Source: Eledone cirrhosa (Eukaryota). Taken from it: a stretch of 64,000 nt of DNA. Both the position numbers and the translations under genes were made by a program. Of this stretch, positions 1-11,163 are shown piece by piece. Below the pieces are notes generated by a model. It searched no databases and was not told the origin of the DNA. It worked only from the letters and a program-made list of their open reading frames with translations. Positions within the stretch are counted from its first letter, which is position 1. Each line of letters starts with the position of its first letter. The DNA lies in the NCBI GenBank assembly GCA_964016885.1, contig OZ024741.1, forward strand, positions 218,116,001 to 218,180,000, given 5' to 3'.

Positions 1-262
1 ATCAGGGTGGAGTATCTGCAGATTTCTCTTCAGTTCTGCATAAATATTCTCCTTTTCGCTAATCTTTGATATTATATTAGCAACTGCTGGGCAGCTAATT
101 TCCACTACTGTGCATGCATTCTTCTCCCTGTCCCATATCATAATATCTGGTCTGTTATGACTGCCTTTTATTGGGGTTTTTACTGGAACATTCCACCAGT
201 ACTCTTTCATATTATGTAGATGGATGTCTTCCACATTGCTGTAGCTTTTAATGTGTTTATTA
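1..262 (-). mobile_element. R4/Dong-clade non-LTR retrotransposon fragment (RLE domain), runs off the left edge
   Basis: About 90% identical by eye to 2362-2578, which encodes the RPD..E..P..K..Y restriction-like endonuclease; ends in (TATG)n. Confidence 0.8.
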
Positions 263-287
263 TGTATGTATGAATGTATGTATGTAT

Positions 288-894
288 GTCAGGTCACCAG
301 TTGGTGCTACTGGTAACATGTATCCCAGTACAACCTGTCCCATGGTCGAGTCGTTGGTGACTAAACTGGCAACCCCACCAAGGTTTCTTGGTGAGGAGGG
401 TGACTTTGGACATCCTGCAGGACTAAAAACAAAACCTGTCAAAGGGCAAAGGAGCTCTTAAGAGTCAATGGCCATCCAAAATCACCGGGAGAGATGACTC
501 CTTAGCCTTTGTTAAGGCAGAATTCTAGAAGAAGGGAAAATCTGATATAACACCTGCAACCCTGATGGTATCCAATGATGTTGACTTGTTCTTCTGTTTG
601 GTAAATATCATCTTGGTTAAGAGAGTGGGACTGGCTTTGTGCAGTGCCTTTGCTCACTATAAAAGCTTCACGGCACAGGCATTGCTTTATATGTGGAGAT
701 CTCTCTGCACTTGTCGTCACATGGTACCATGGGCCCAGCACTATGTGTCAATAATTGTCACAAGTGTAGTGTTTGTACCAGAGTGTTCAAGTCGCTGGCT
801 GGACTAAAAAGTCACACTCGTTCAGCGCATCGGTAGGGGTTCTACATGGATATAAAGTAGTGGCTGTACTCGAAAACGAGTTGGCAGCCACCAT
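288..894 (+). mobile_element. Short internally deleted RTE-like element (5' UTR-like part plus 3' end), copy 1
   Basis: 3' part translates to HKCSVCTRVFKSLAGLKSHTRSAHR*, the C2H2 finger typical of RTE C-termini, then a short UTR and (GTAT)n tail; no RT; second copy at 1472. Confidence 0.6.
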
Positions 895-976
895 GTATGT
901 ATGTATGTATGTATGTATGTATGTATGTATGTATGTATGTATGTATGTATGTATGTATGTATGTATGTATGTATGT
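894..976. repeat. (TATG)n microsatellite
   Basis: Direct reading; similar tracts at 260-289, 1313-1472, 1936-1958. Confidence 0.95.
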
Positions 977-1316
977 TCTTCTGGTTTTATAATTTCACAA
1001 ATTTTTTCCCAATAAAGAGAGAGTCGGTTTCTAACATAGACACAAGACTCTCTCATTGGAATTTACACATCAACTAGGTAGATTATGTATGCATGCATGT
1101 GTAGATATGGATGTTATTGTATGTGTGGAGGTGTATGTTTTGAGTTGTATGTGTGCATGTGTTTATGCTTTGTATCTGTACATGTGTATATGCAGTCATT
1201 AGATGCAACATTTTTGGAATGTTTTACATATTTTTACTGTTCCATTAATACTTGTAATTTCCTAACTAGTTGTGTTCTCTCTGTTCCTGTGAAACTTAGC
1301 TTCTCAAGATTTGTAT
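977..1316 (-). mobile_element. R4/Dong-clade 3' end, short copy
   Basis: Matches 1959-2300; minus-strand end ...gtgaaattataaaaccagaagaa-(CATA)n. Confidence 0.75.
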
Positions 1317-1341
1317 GTATGAATGTATGTATGTATGTATG

Positions 1342-1375
<34 letters not shown>

Positions 1376-1471
1376 TGTATGTATGTATGTATGTATGTAT
1401 GTATGTATTATGTATGTATGTATGTATGTATGTATGTATGTATGTATGTATGTATGTATGTATGTATGTAT

Positions 1472-1937
1472 GTCAGGTCACCAGTTGGTGCTACTGGTAA
1501 CATTTATCCCAGTACAACCTGTCCCATGGTCGGGTCGTTGGTGACTAAACTGGCAACCCCACCAAGGTTTCTTGGTGAGGAGGGTGACTTTGGACATCCT
1601 GCAGGACTAAAAACAAAACCTGTCAAAGGGCAAAGGAGCTCTTAAGAGTCAATGGTTTTGTGCAGTGGGACTGGTTTTGTGCAGTGCCTTTGCTCACTAT
1701 AAAAGCTTCAAGGCACAGGCATTGCTTTATATGTGGAGATCTCTCTGCACTTGTCGTCACACGGTACCATGGGCCCAGCACTATGTGTCAATAATTGTCA
1801 CAAGTGTAGTGTTTGTACCAGAGTGTTCAAGTCTCTGGCTGGACTAAAAAGTCACACTCGTTCAGTGCATCGGTAGGGGTTCTCCTACATGGATATAAAG
1901 TAGTGGCCGTACTCGAAAATGAGTTGGCAGCCACCAT
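1472..1937 (+). mobile_element. RTE-like short element, copy 2 (extra ~150-bp internal deletion)
   Basis: Same start gtcaggtcaccagttgg and same end ggcagccaccat-(GTAT)n as 288-894. Confidence 0.6.
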
Positions 1938-1958
1938 GTATGTATGTATGTATGTATG

Positions 1959-2580
1959 TTCTTCTGGTTTTATAATTTCACACATTTTTTTCCCAATAAA
2001 GAGAGAGTCGGTTTCTAACATAGACACAAGACTCTCTCATTGGAATTTACACATCAACTAGGTAGATTATGTATGCATGCATGTGTAGATATGGATGTTA
2101 TTGTATGTGTGGATTTGTATGTTTTGAGTTGTATGTGTGCATGTGTATATGCTTTGCATCTGTACATAAGTATATGCAGTTATTAGATGCAAAATATTTG
2201 GAATGTTTTACATATTTTTACTGTTCCATTAATACTTGTAATTTCCTAACTAATTGTGTTCTCTCTGTTCCTGTGAAGCTTAGCTTCTCAAGATTTGTAT
2301 TGAGGCAGTTACTAACATACCCCAGTGCCCCAATCATCACAGGCATAAATCTGAAGGTGTAATCAGGGTGGAGTATCTGCAGATTTCTCATCAGTTTTGC
2401 ATAAATATTCTGCTTTTCGCTAATATTTGATATTACATTGGCATCTGCTGGGCAGCTAATTTCCACTACTGTGCATGCTTTCTCCCCCCTGTCCCATATC
2501 ATAATATCTGGTCTGTTATGACTGCCTTTTATTGGGGTTTTTACTGGAACATTCCACCAGTACTCTTTCATATTATGTAC
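1959..2580 (-). mobile_element. R4/Dong-clade 3' end with restriction-like endonuclease
   Basis: ORF 2218-2571: WWNVP..HNRPDIMIWD...VVEISCP..EKQNIYAKL...MPVMIGALG. Confidence 0.85.
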
Positions 2581-2683
2581 ATGCAGTACTCTTTCATATT
2601 ATGTACATCCAGTACTCTTTCATATTATGTACATCCAGTACTCTTTCATATTATGTACATCCAGTACTCTTTCATATTATGTA
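2558..2683. repeat. 26-bp tandem repeat, about 5 copies, at the R4 truncation point
   Basis: cagtactctttcatattatgtacat(c/g) starting at 2558, 2584, 2610, 2636, 2662. Confidence 0.9.
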
Positions 2684-2730
2684 TGTATGTACGTATTATG
2701 TATGTATGTACGTATGTATGGATGCGTGTA

Positions 2731-2761
<31 letters not shown>

Positions 2762-2814
2762 GCATGTGTGTATTTCTGTGGGCATATGTATGCATATGTG
2801 TGTGTGTTTGTGTT

Positions 2815-2920
2815 TGCGTGGTTAAGTGGTCTGGTTGTTTTGGTACACGATCTTAAGATTACGAGTTCGATTCCCAGCGGCGTTTTGTCCTTGAGCAAGA
2901 CACTTCATTTCACTTCGTTG
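2815..2920 (+). mobile_element. tRNA-derived SINE head fragment
   Basis: A-box-like tggttaagtgg, B-box gagttcgattccc, conserved gtccttgagcaagacactt; related to 17436-17790. Confidence 0.7.
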
Positions 2921-2942
2921 TGATTGGTTGATTTCTATTGAG

Positions 2943-2996
2943 ATTGTTGTTGTTGATGTTGTTGTTGTTGTTGCTGTTGTTGTTGGTATTGGTGTT

Positions 2997-3027
<31 letters not shown>

Positions 3028-3126
3028 TTGTTGTTGTTGCTGTTGTTGTTGTTGCTGTTGTTCTTGTTGCTGTTGTTGCTGTTGCTGTTGTTGTTGTTGC
3101 TTTTGTTGTTGTTGTTGTTGCTGCTG
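2943..3126. repeat. (GTT/GCT)n microsatellite
   Basis: Direct reading. Confidence 0.95.
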
Positions 3127-3259
3127 CGACAATTCTCACGTCTCCATGCAGTGATGTCAATGTAGCAGCAAAAGCCGGTGTGGCTATGACGTCAGAGCCA
3201 GTCGTTGCTATAGTTACCACATTCGAGGCTGCAATGTCGTTAGAGTTCATGGAGCGTCG

Positions 3260-4620
3260 TGTGGTAGTGTGGTAGTGGTGTGGTAGTGGTGTGGTAATGG
3301 TGTGGTAGTGGTGTGGTAGTGATGTGGTAGTGTGGTAGTGTGATAGTGGTGTGGTAGTGGTGTGGTAGTGGTGTGGTAGTGATGTGGTAGTGTGGTAGTG
3401 GTGTGGTAGTGGTGTGGTAGTGGTGTGGTAGTGATGTGGTAGTGTGGTAGTGTGGTAGTGTGATAGTGGTGTGGTAGTGGTGTGGTAGTGGTGTGGTAGT
3501 GGTGTGGTAGTGGTGTGGTAGTGATGTGGTAGTGTGGTAGTGGTGTGGTAGTGGTGTGGTAGTGGTGTGGTAGTGATGTGGTAGTGTGGTAGTGTGGTAG
3601 TGTGATAGTGGTGTGGTAGTGGTGTGGTAGTGGTGTGGTAGTGGTGTGGTAGTGGTGTGGTAGTGGTGTGGTAGTGATGTGGTAGTGTGGTAGTGTGGTA
3701 GTGTGATAGTGGTGTGGTAGTGGTGTGGTAGTGGTGTGGTAGTGTGGTAGTGTGGTAGTGGTGTGGTAGTTGTGTGGTAGAGGTGTGGTAGTGGTGTGGT
3801 AGTCTGGTGGTGGTGTTGTAGCGGTGTGGTAGTGTGGTAGTTGTCTGGTAGTGGTGTGGTAGTGGTGTGGTAGTGTGGTAGTGGTGTGGTAGTGGTGTGG
3901 TAGTGGTGTGGTAGTGGTGTGGTAGTGATGTGGTAGTGTGGTAGTGTGATAGTGGTGTGGTAGTGGTGTGGTAGTGGTGTGGTAGTGTGGTAGTGTGGTA
4001 GTGGTGTGGTAGTTGTGTGGTAGAGGTGTGGTAGTGGTGTGGTAGTCTGGTGGTGGTGTTGTAGCGGTGTGGTAGTGTGGTAGTTGTCTGGTAGTGGTGT
4101 GGTAGTGGTGTGGTAGTGTGGTAGTGGTGTGGTAGTGGTGTGGTAGTGGTGTGGTAGTGGTGTGGTAGTGATGTGGTAGTGTGGTAGTGTGATAGTGGTG
4201 TGGTAGTGGTGTGGTAGTGGTGTGGTAGTGATGTGGTAGTGTGGTAGTGGTGTGGTAGTGGTGTGGTAGTGGTGTGGTAGCGATGTGGTAGTGTGGTAGT
4301 GTGGTAGTGTGATAGTGGTGTGGTAGTGGTGTGGTAGTGGTGTGGTAGTGTGGCAGTGGTGTGGTAGTGGTGTGGTAGTGGTGTGGTAGTGATGTGGTAG
4401 TGTGGTAGTGTGGTAGTGTGATAGTGGTGTGGTAGTGGTGTGGTAGTGGTGTGGTAGTGTGGTAGTGTGGTAGTGGTGTGGTAGTTGTGTGGTAGAGGTG
4501 TGGTAGTGGTGTGGTAGTCTGGTGGTGGTGTTGTAGTGGTGTGGTAGTGTGGTAGTTGTCTGGTAGTGGTGTGGTAGTGGTGTGGTAGTGGTGTGATAGT
4601 GGTAGTGGTAGTGGTAGTGA
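3260..4620. repeat. 11-bp/8-bp minisatellite (GGTGTGGTAGT)n with higher-order blocks
   Basis: Direct reading; variant block ...agaggtgtgg...agtctggtgg recurs near 3780, 4022, 4495. Confidence 0.95.
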
Positions 4621-5270
4621 TGGTGGTAGTGATGGTGGTGATGATGGGCGTGGTGTTGGTGATGGTGGTGTTGGCAGTGGTGGTGTTAGCAGTGGTGGTG
4701 GTGGTAGTGTTAGTTGTGGTTGTAGTGTAGGTAGTCGTGGTAGTTGTAGTGTAGGCGGTGGTAGTGTGGTAGTGGTCGTGTTGGTGGTGGTGGTGGTGGT
4801 GGTGGTAGAGATGGTGGTGGTCGATTTGGGGGTAGTTGTGGTAGTGGAGGTGATGGAGGCAGTAGTGGTGGTGGTAGAAGTAGTTGTGGTAATGGTGGTG
4901 GTGGTGGTGGTAGTCGCAGAGATGGTGGTGGTGGTGGGGGTAGTTGTTGTAGTGTAGGAAGTCGTGGTATTGGCGGTAGTTGTGGTAGTGTTGTTGTAGC
5001 TGTACCTATGGTTTTCTGGAGTGCATGTTAGGGTGAGACAAACTGTCTTTTTGAATTTTTCTTTTGGCGAGTGTGGGGGGGGGGGGGTGTATGAGGGGGG
5101 GGGGGGGTCAAGCTCGCCGTGTTCTCTAGAACATGAGGAGATAACTCTGTCTGAGAAAACCCTTCTCAGGTGGAGATGTGAATCTGACCGCGGTGTGTTT
5201 TTGTGTGTGTATCTGTGTGTTTGTGTGTGCGCGAGTGTGTATGTGTGTGAGTGTGTGTCTATGTGTGTGA

Positions 5271-5337
<67 letters not shown>

Positions 5338-5688
5338 CGAGTGTGTATGTGTGTGTGTGAGTGTTTATGTGTGTGTGTGTGTGTGAGTGTTTGTATGTGT
5401 GTGTATGTGTGGGTGTGTATGTGTGTATATGTGTATGTGTGGGAATGTGTGAGTGTGTGTGTGTGTGTATGAGTGAGTATGTGTATTTGACTGAGGAGAA
5501 GAGAGAGAAAGAGAGATAAAGAGAGAGAGCTGTGTTAGGAGACCACCTGGGTGGTTCTGTTGATGTTTTTAACAGTTGTTTTTCTTGTTTATGTTGGTGT
5601 TAGTCTGCTGCTACTGCGACTGTTAGTGTTGTTGGTTTGGGTGCTACTGTTGTCGTTGTTTATGTTGTTGTTGTGGTCTGTGCTATTA

Positions 5689-5869
5689 ATTGTTTCTACT
5701 TTAGGCACAAGGCCAGCAATTACCCAGTGCATTACTGGTACTTTATTTTATCGACCCCGTAAGGATGAAAGGCAAAGTCAACCTCGGCGGGATTTGAACT
5801 CAGATCGTAAAGGGACGTAACTATGCTAGAAAGCAGGGCGTCCGACCCTCTACCAATACTGCCAATCCA
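5689..5869 (-). mobile_element. tRNA-derived SINE with Nin/Deu-like central domain
   Basis: Minus strand: A box tggcagtattgg, B box gagttcaaatcc, body gcctttcatcc..ggggtcgataaaataaagtaccag; four copies in the window. Confidence 0.85.
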
Positions 5870-5870
5870 A

Positions 5871-8800
5871 ATGGTGTTGTGCTCCTGCTGTCGTTGTTGT
5901 TTATGTTGTTGTTGTGGTCTGTGCTGTTAATGGTGTTGTGCTCCTGCTGTCGTTGTTGTTTATGTTGTTGTTGTGGTCTGTGCTGTTAATGGTGTTGTGC
6001 TCCTGCTGTCGTTGTTGTTTATGTTGTTGTTGTGGTCTGTGCTGTTAATGGTGTTGTGCTCCTGCTGTCGTTGTTGTTTATGTTGCTGTTGTGGTCTGTG
6101 CTGTTAATGGTGTTGTGCTCCTGCTGTCGTTGTTGTTTATGTTGTTGTTGTGGTCTGTGCTGTTAATGGTGTTGTGCTCCTGCTGTCGTTGTTGTTTATG
6201 TTGTTGTTGTTGTGGTCTGTGCTGTTAATGGTGTTGTGCTCCTGCTGTCGTTGTTGTTTATGTTGTTGTTGTTGTGGTCTGTGCTGTTAATGGTGTTGTG
6301 CTCCTGCTGTCGTTGTTGTTTATGTTGTTGTTGTGGTCTGTGCTGTTAATGGTGTTGTGCTCCTGCTGTCGTTGTTGTTTATGTTGTTGTTGTTGTGGTC
6401 TGTGCTGTTAATGGTGTTGTGCTCCTGCTGTCGTTGTTGTTTATGTTGTTGTTGTTGTGGTCTGTGCTGTTAATGGTGTTGTGCTCCTGCTGTCGTTGTT
6501 GTTTATGTTGTTGCTGTTGTGGTCTGTGCTGTTAATGGTGTTGTGCTCCTGCTGTCGTTGTTGTTTATGTTGTTGTTGTGGTCTGTGCTGTTAATGGTGT
6601 TGTGCTCCTGCTGTCGTTGTTGTTTATGTTGTTGTTGTTGTGGTCTGTGCTGTTAATGGTGTTGTGCTCCTGCTGTCGTTGTTGTTTATGTTGTTGTTGT
6701 TGTGGTCTGTGCTGTTAATGGTGTTGTGCTCCTGCTGTCGTTGTTGTTTATGTTGTTGTTGTTGTGGTCTGTGCTGTTAATGGTGTTGTGCTCCTGCTGT
6801 CGTTGTTGTTTATGTTGTTGTTGTTTATGTTGTTGTTGTTGTGGTCTGTGCTGTTAATGGTGTTGTGCTCCTGCTGTCGTTGTTATTTATGTTGTTGTTG
6901 TGGTCTGTGCTGTTAATGGTGTTGTGCTCCTGCTGTCGTTGTTGTTTATGTTGTTGTTGTGGTCTGTGCTGTTAATGGTGTTGTGCTCCTGCTGTCGTTG
7001 TTGTTTATGTTGTTGTTGTTTATGTTGTTGTTGTTGTGGTCTGTGCTGTTAATGGTGTTGTGCTCCTGCTGTCGTTGTTATTTATGTTGATGTTGTGGTC
7101 TGTGCTGTTAATGGTGTTGTGCTCCTGCTGTCGTTGTTATTTATGTTGTTGTTGTTGTGGTCTGTGCTGTTAATGGTGTTGTGCTCCTGCTGTCGTTGTT
7201 GTTTATGTTGTTGTTGTTGTGGTCTGTGCTGTTAATGGTGTTGTGCTCCTGCTGTCGTTGTTGTTTATGTTGTTGTTGTGGTCTGTGCTGTTAATGGTGT
7301 TGTGCTCCTGCTGTCGTTGTTGTTTATGTTGTTGTTGTGGTCTGTGCTGTTAATGGTGTTGTGCTCCTGCTGTCGTTGTTATTTATGTTGATGTTGTGGT
7401 CTGTGCTGTTAATGGTGTTGTGCTCCTGCTGTCGTTGTTGTTTATATTGTTGTTGTTGTGGTCTGTGCTGTTAATGGTGTTGTGCTCCTGCTGTCGTTGT
7501 TATTTATGTTGATGTTGTGGTCTGTGCTGTTAATGGTGTTGTGCTCCTGCTGTCGTTGTTGTTTATGTTGTTGTTGTGGTCTGTGCTGTTAATGCTGTTG
7601 TGCTCCTGCTGTCGTTGTTGTTTATGTTGTTGTTGTGGTCTGTGCTGTTAATGGTGTTGTGCTCCTGCTGTCGTTGTTGTTTATGTTGTTGTTGTTGTGG
7701 TCTGTGCTGTTAATGGTGTTGTGCTCCTGCTGTCGTTGTTGTTTATGTTGTTGTTGTTGTGGTCTGTGCTGTTAATGGTGTTGTGCTCCTGCTGTCGTTG
7801 TTGTTTATGTTGTTGTTGTTGTGGTCTGTGCTGTTAATGGTGTTGTGCTCCTGCTGTCGTTGTTGTTTATGTTGTTGTTGTGGTCTGTGCTGTTAATGGT
7901 GTTGTGCTCCTGCTGTCGTTGTTGTTTATGTTGTTGTTGTTGTGGTCTGTGCTGTTAATGGTGTTGTGCTCCTGCTGTCGTTGTTGTTTATGTTGTTGTT
8001 GTTGTGGTCTGTGCTGTTAATGGTGTTGTGCTCCTGCTGTCGTTGTTGTTTATGTTGTTGTTGTTGTGGTCTGTGCTGTTAATGGTGTTGTGCTCCTGCT
8101 GTCGTTGTTGTTTATGTTGTTGTTGTTGTGATCTGTGCTGTTAATGGTGTTGTGCTCCTGTTGTCGTTGTTGTTTATGTTGTTGTTGTGGTCTGTGCTGT
8201 TAATGGTGTTGTGCTCCTGCTGTCGTTGTTGTTTATGTTGTTGTTGTGGTATGTGCTGTTAATGGTGTTGTGCTGCTGCTGTCGTTGTTGTTTATGTTGT
8301 TGTTGTGGTCTGTGCTGTTAATGGTGTTGTGCTCCTGCTGTCGTTGTTGTTTATGTTGTTGTTGTGGTCTGTGCTGTTAATGGTGTTGTGCTCCTGCTGT
8401 CGTTGTTGTTTATGTTGTTGTTGTGGTCTGTGCTGTTAATGGTGTTGTGCTCCTGCTGTCGTTGTTGTTTATGTTGTTGTTGTTGTGGTCTGTGCTGTTA
8501 ATGGTGTTGTGCTCCTGCTGTCGTTGTTGTTTATGTTGTTGTTGTTGTGGTCTGTGCTGTTAATGGTGTTGTGCTCCTGCTGTCGTTGTTGTTTATGTTG
8601 TTGTTGTGGTATGTGCTGTTAATGGTGTTGTGCTGCTGCTGTCGTTGTTGTTTATGTTGTTGTTGTGGTCTGTGCTGTTAATGGTGTTGTGCTCCTGCTG
8701 TCGTTGTTGTTTATGTTGTTGTTGTGGTATGTGCTGTTAATGGTGTTGTGCTCCTGCTGTCGTTGTTGTTTATGTTGTTGTTGTGGTATGTGCTGTTAAT

Positions 8801-10323
8801 GGTGTTGTGCCCCTGCTGTCGTTGTTGTTTATGTTGTTGTTGTGGTCTGTGCTGTTAATGGTGTTGTGCTCCTGCTGTCGTTGTTGTTTATGTTGTTGTT
8901 GTGGTCTGTGCTGTTAATGGTGTTGTGCTCCTGTTGTCGTTGTTGTTTATGTTGTTGTTGTTGTGATCTCTGCTGTTAATGGTGTTGTGCTCCTGCTGTC
9001 GTAGTTGTTTATGTTGTTGTTGTTGTGATCTCTGCTGTTAATGGTGTTGTGCTCCTGCTGTCGTTGTTGTTTATGTTGTTGTTGTTGTGATCTCTGCTGT
9101 TAATGGTGTTGTGCTCCTGCTGTCGTTGTTGTTTATGTTGTTGTTGTTGTGATCTCTGCTGTTAATGGTGTTGTGCTCCTGTTGTCGTTGTTGTTTATGT
9201 TGTTGTTGTTGTGATCTCTGCTGTTAATGGTGTTGTGCTCCTGCTGTCGTTGTTGTTTATGTTGTTGTTGTTGTGATCTCTGCTGTTAATGGTGTTGTGC
9301 TCCTGCTGTCGTTGTTGTTTATGTTGTTGTTGTGGTCTGTGCTGTTAATGGTGTTGTGCTCCTGTTGTCGTTGTTGTTTATGTTGTTGTTGTTGTGATCT
9401 CTGCTGTTAATGGTGTTGTGCTCCTGCTGTCGTTGTTGTTTATGTTGTTGTTGTTGTGATCTCTGCTGTTAATGGTGTTGTGCTCCTGCTGTCGTTGTTG
9501 TTTATGTTGTTGTTGTCGTGATCTGTGCTGTTAATGGTGTTGTGCTCCTGCTGTCGTTGTTGTTTATGTTGTTGTTGTTGTGATCTCTGCTGTTAATGGT
9601 GTTGTGCTCCTGCTGTCGTTGTTGTTTATGTTGTTGTTGTTGTGATCTCTGCTGTTAATGGTGTTGTGCTCCTGCTGTCGTTGTTGTTTATGTTGTTGTT
9701 GTTGTGATCTCTGCTGTTAATGGTGTTGTGCTCCTGCTGTCGTTGTTGTTTATGTTGTTGTTGTTGTGATCTCTGCTGTTAATGGTGTTGTGCTCCTGCT
9801 GTCGTTGTTGTTTATGTTGTTGTTGTTGTGATCTCTGCTGTTAATGGTGTTGTGCTCCTGTTGTCGTTGTTGTTTATGTTGTTGTTGTTGTGATCTCTGC
9901 TGTTAATGGTGTTGTGCTCCTGCTGTCGTTGTTGTTTATGTTGTCGTTGTCGTGATCTGTGCTGTTAATGGTGTTGTGCTCCTGCTGTCGTTGTTGTTTA
10001 TGTTGTTGTTGTTGTGATCTCTGCTGTTAATGGTGTTGTGCTCCTGCTGTCGTTGTTGTTTATGTTGTTGTTGTGATCTGTGCTGTTAATGGTGTTGTGC
10101 TCCTGCTGTCGTTGTTGTTTATGTTGTTGTTGTGGTCTGTGATGTTAATGGTGTTGTGCTCCTGCTGTCGTTGTTGTTTATGTTGCTGTTGTTGTGCTGT
10201 TAATGGTGTTGTGCCCCTGCTGCTGCTGTTGTTTATGTTGTTGTTGTTGTGGTCTGTGCTGTTAATGGTGTTGTGCTCCCGTCGCCGTTGTTGTTTATGT
10301 TGCTGTTGATGTTGTTGTGGTCT
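5871..10323. repeat. 59/62-bp satellite array, roughly 70-75 units
   Basis: Unit atggtgttgtgctcctgctgtcgttgttgtttat(gtt)3-4gtggtctgtgctgtta. Confidence 0.97.
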
Positions 10324-10329
10324 GATCTT

Positions 10330-10465
10330 CACCGTTTTCTATCTCTGGCCATACTAGGGCCATATGGTGGCCGAGGTACCGGGTCAGATCATCGAACCAT
10401 CTAACCTTTGGACGTCTTCTGGTTTTTCTCCACTGCCTTGATGTCTTCCTTTGGTAGACATCACA
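10330..10465 (-). mobile_element. RTE-type LINE C-terminal fragment
   Basis: RKTRRRPKVRWFDDLTRYLG resembles the RTE 'R.RGRP..RW.DD' motif. Confidence 0.5.
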
Positions 10466-10718
10466 GACTATATATGAGAGCAGTCTCTCTCTTCGATACT
10501 TTCTGTATCGTGTCTCAGATTTATAATTCTCTGACATTCCTCAGATATTTCTTGTAATGTTAAGTTCTGATTCTGCTCTGATTTTGTCAGAATTCTGGTA
10601 CGAATTCCTGCATGTTTTTTTTTGCAGTTAACCCATTGCACGAACAATAAGCATTTAAACATGTCTGGGGTTAGTTCGATAAGTTTACATCTTTCGCATT
10701 CCTTGTTAACAATCCGAG
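10466..10718 (-). mobile_element. Ty3/Gypsy gag fragment (K02A2.6-like)
   Basis: IVNKECERCKLIELTPDMFKCLLFVQ...IRTRILTK.EQ...LTLQEISEECQRIINLRHDT. Confidence 0.65.
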
Positions 10719-11092
10719 CACCCCCCCACAGGCACACACACACAGGCACACACACACACACGCACACACACACACACATATATATACGCATATAAAATTC
10801 TTTATCTCTCTGTCTTTTCCTTATGCATTCCCAAATGACTTCACCAAATCAAATCAAATTTTACCAGGTCATAGTATTAGACCCTGCGAGGGACAACACC
10901 TAATTTTTATTTTCATTTGGATTAAAACATGTGGACTCTAATAGAACCGAAGTTAACAAAGAACTTACCAGATCTACCAACTCATAATATTATATTATAA
11001 AATTAAACCAAATTATTTAGAACTACAAGTGAAGTCATTCTTTTCCTTTTTTTCAAATATACCTAACTGTACCAAGGATCTCACACATTTCC

Positions 11093-11132
<40 letters not shown>

Positions 11133-11163
11133 GTGTGTGTTTATACTTTGGGAGGGTCATATA

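Noticed and set aside
288-375. HDV-like ribozyme at the RTE-like 5' end (gactaa-actgg)
   Set aside because: Could not build a convincing P1/P3/L3 arrangement by eye; needs a descriptor search.
2822-3275. Poly-Q/T/V/L ORFs as a host exon
   Set aside because: Mostly a (GTT)n tract running into a SINE; the 130-bp unique part has no recognisable homology.
3260-4620. Telomeric repeat
   Set aside because: The unit is GGTGTGGTAGT, not TTAGGG, and the array is internal.
5871-10323. CRISPR-like regular array
   Set aside because: No unique spacers, no cas genes, eukaryotic context.
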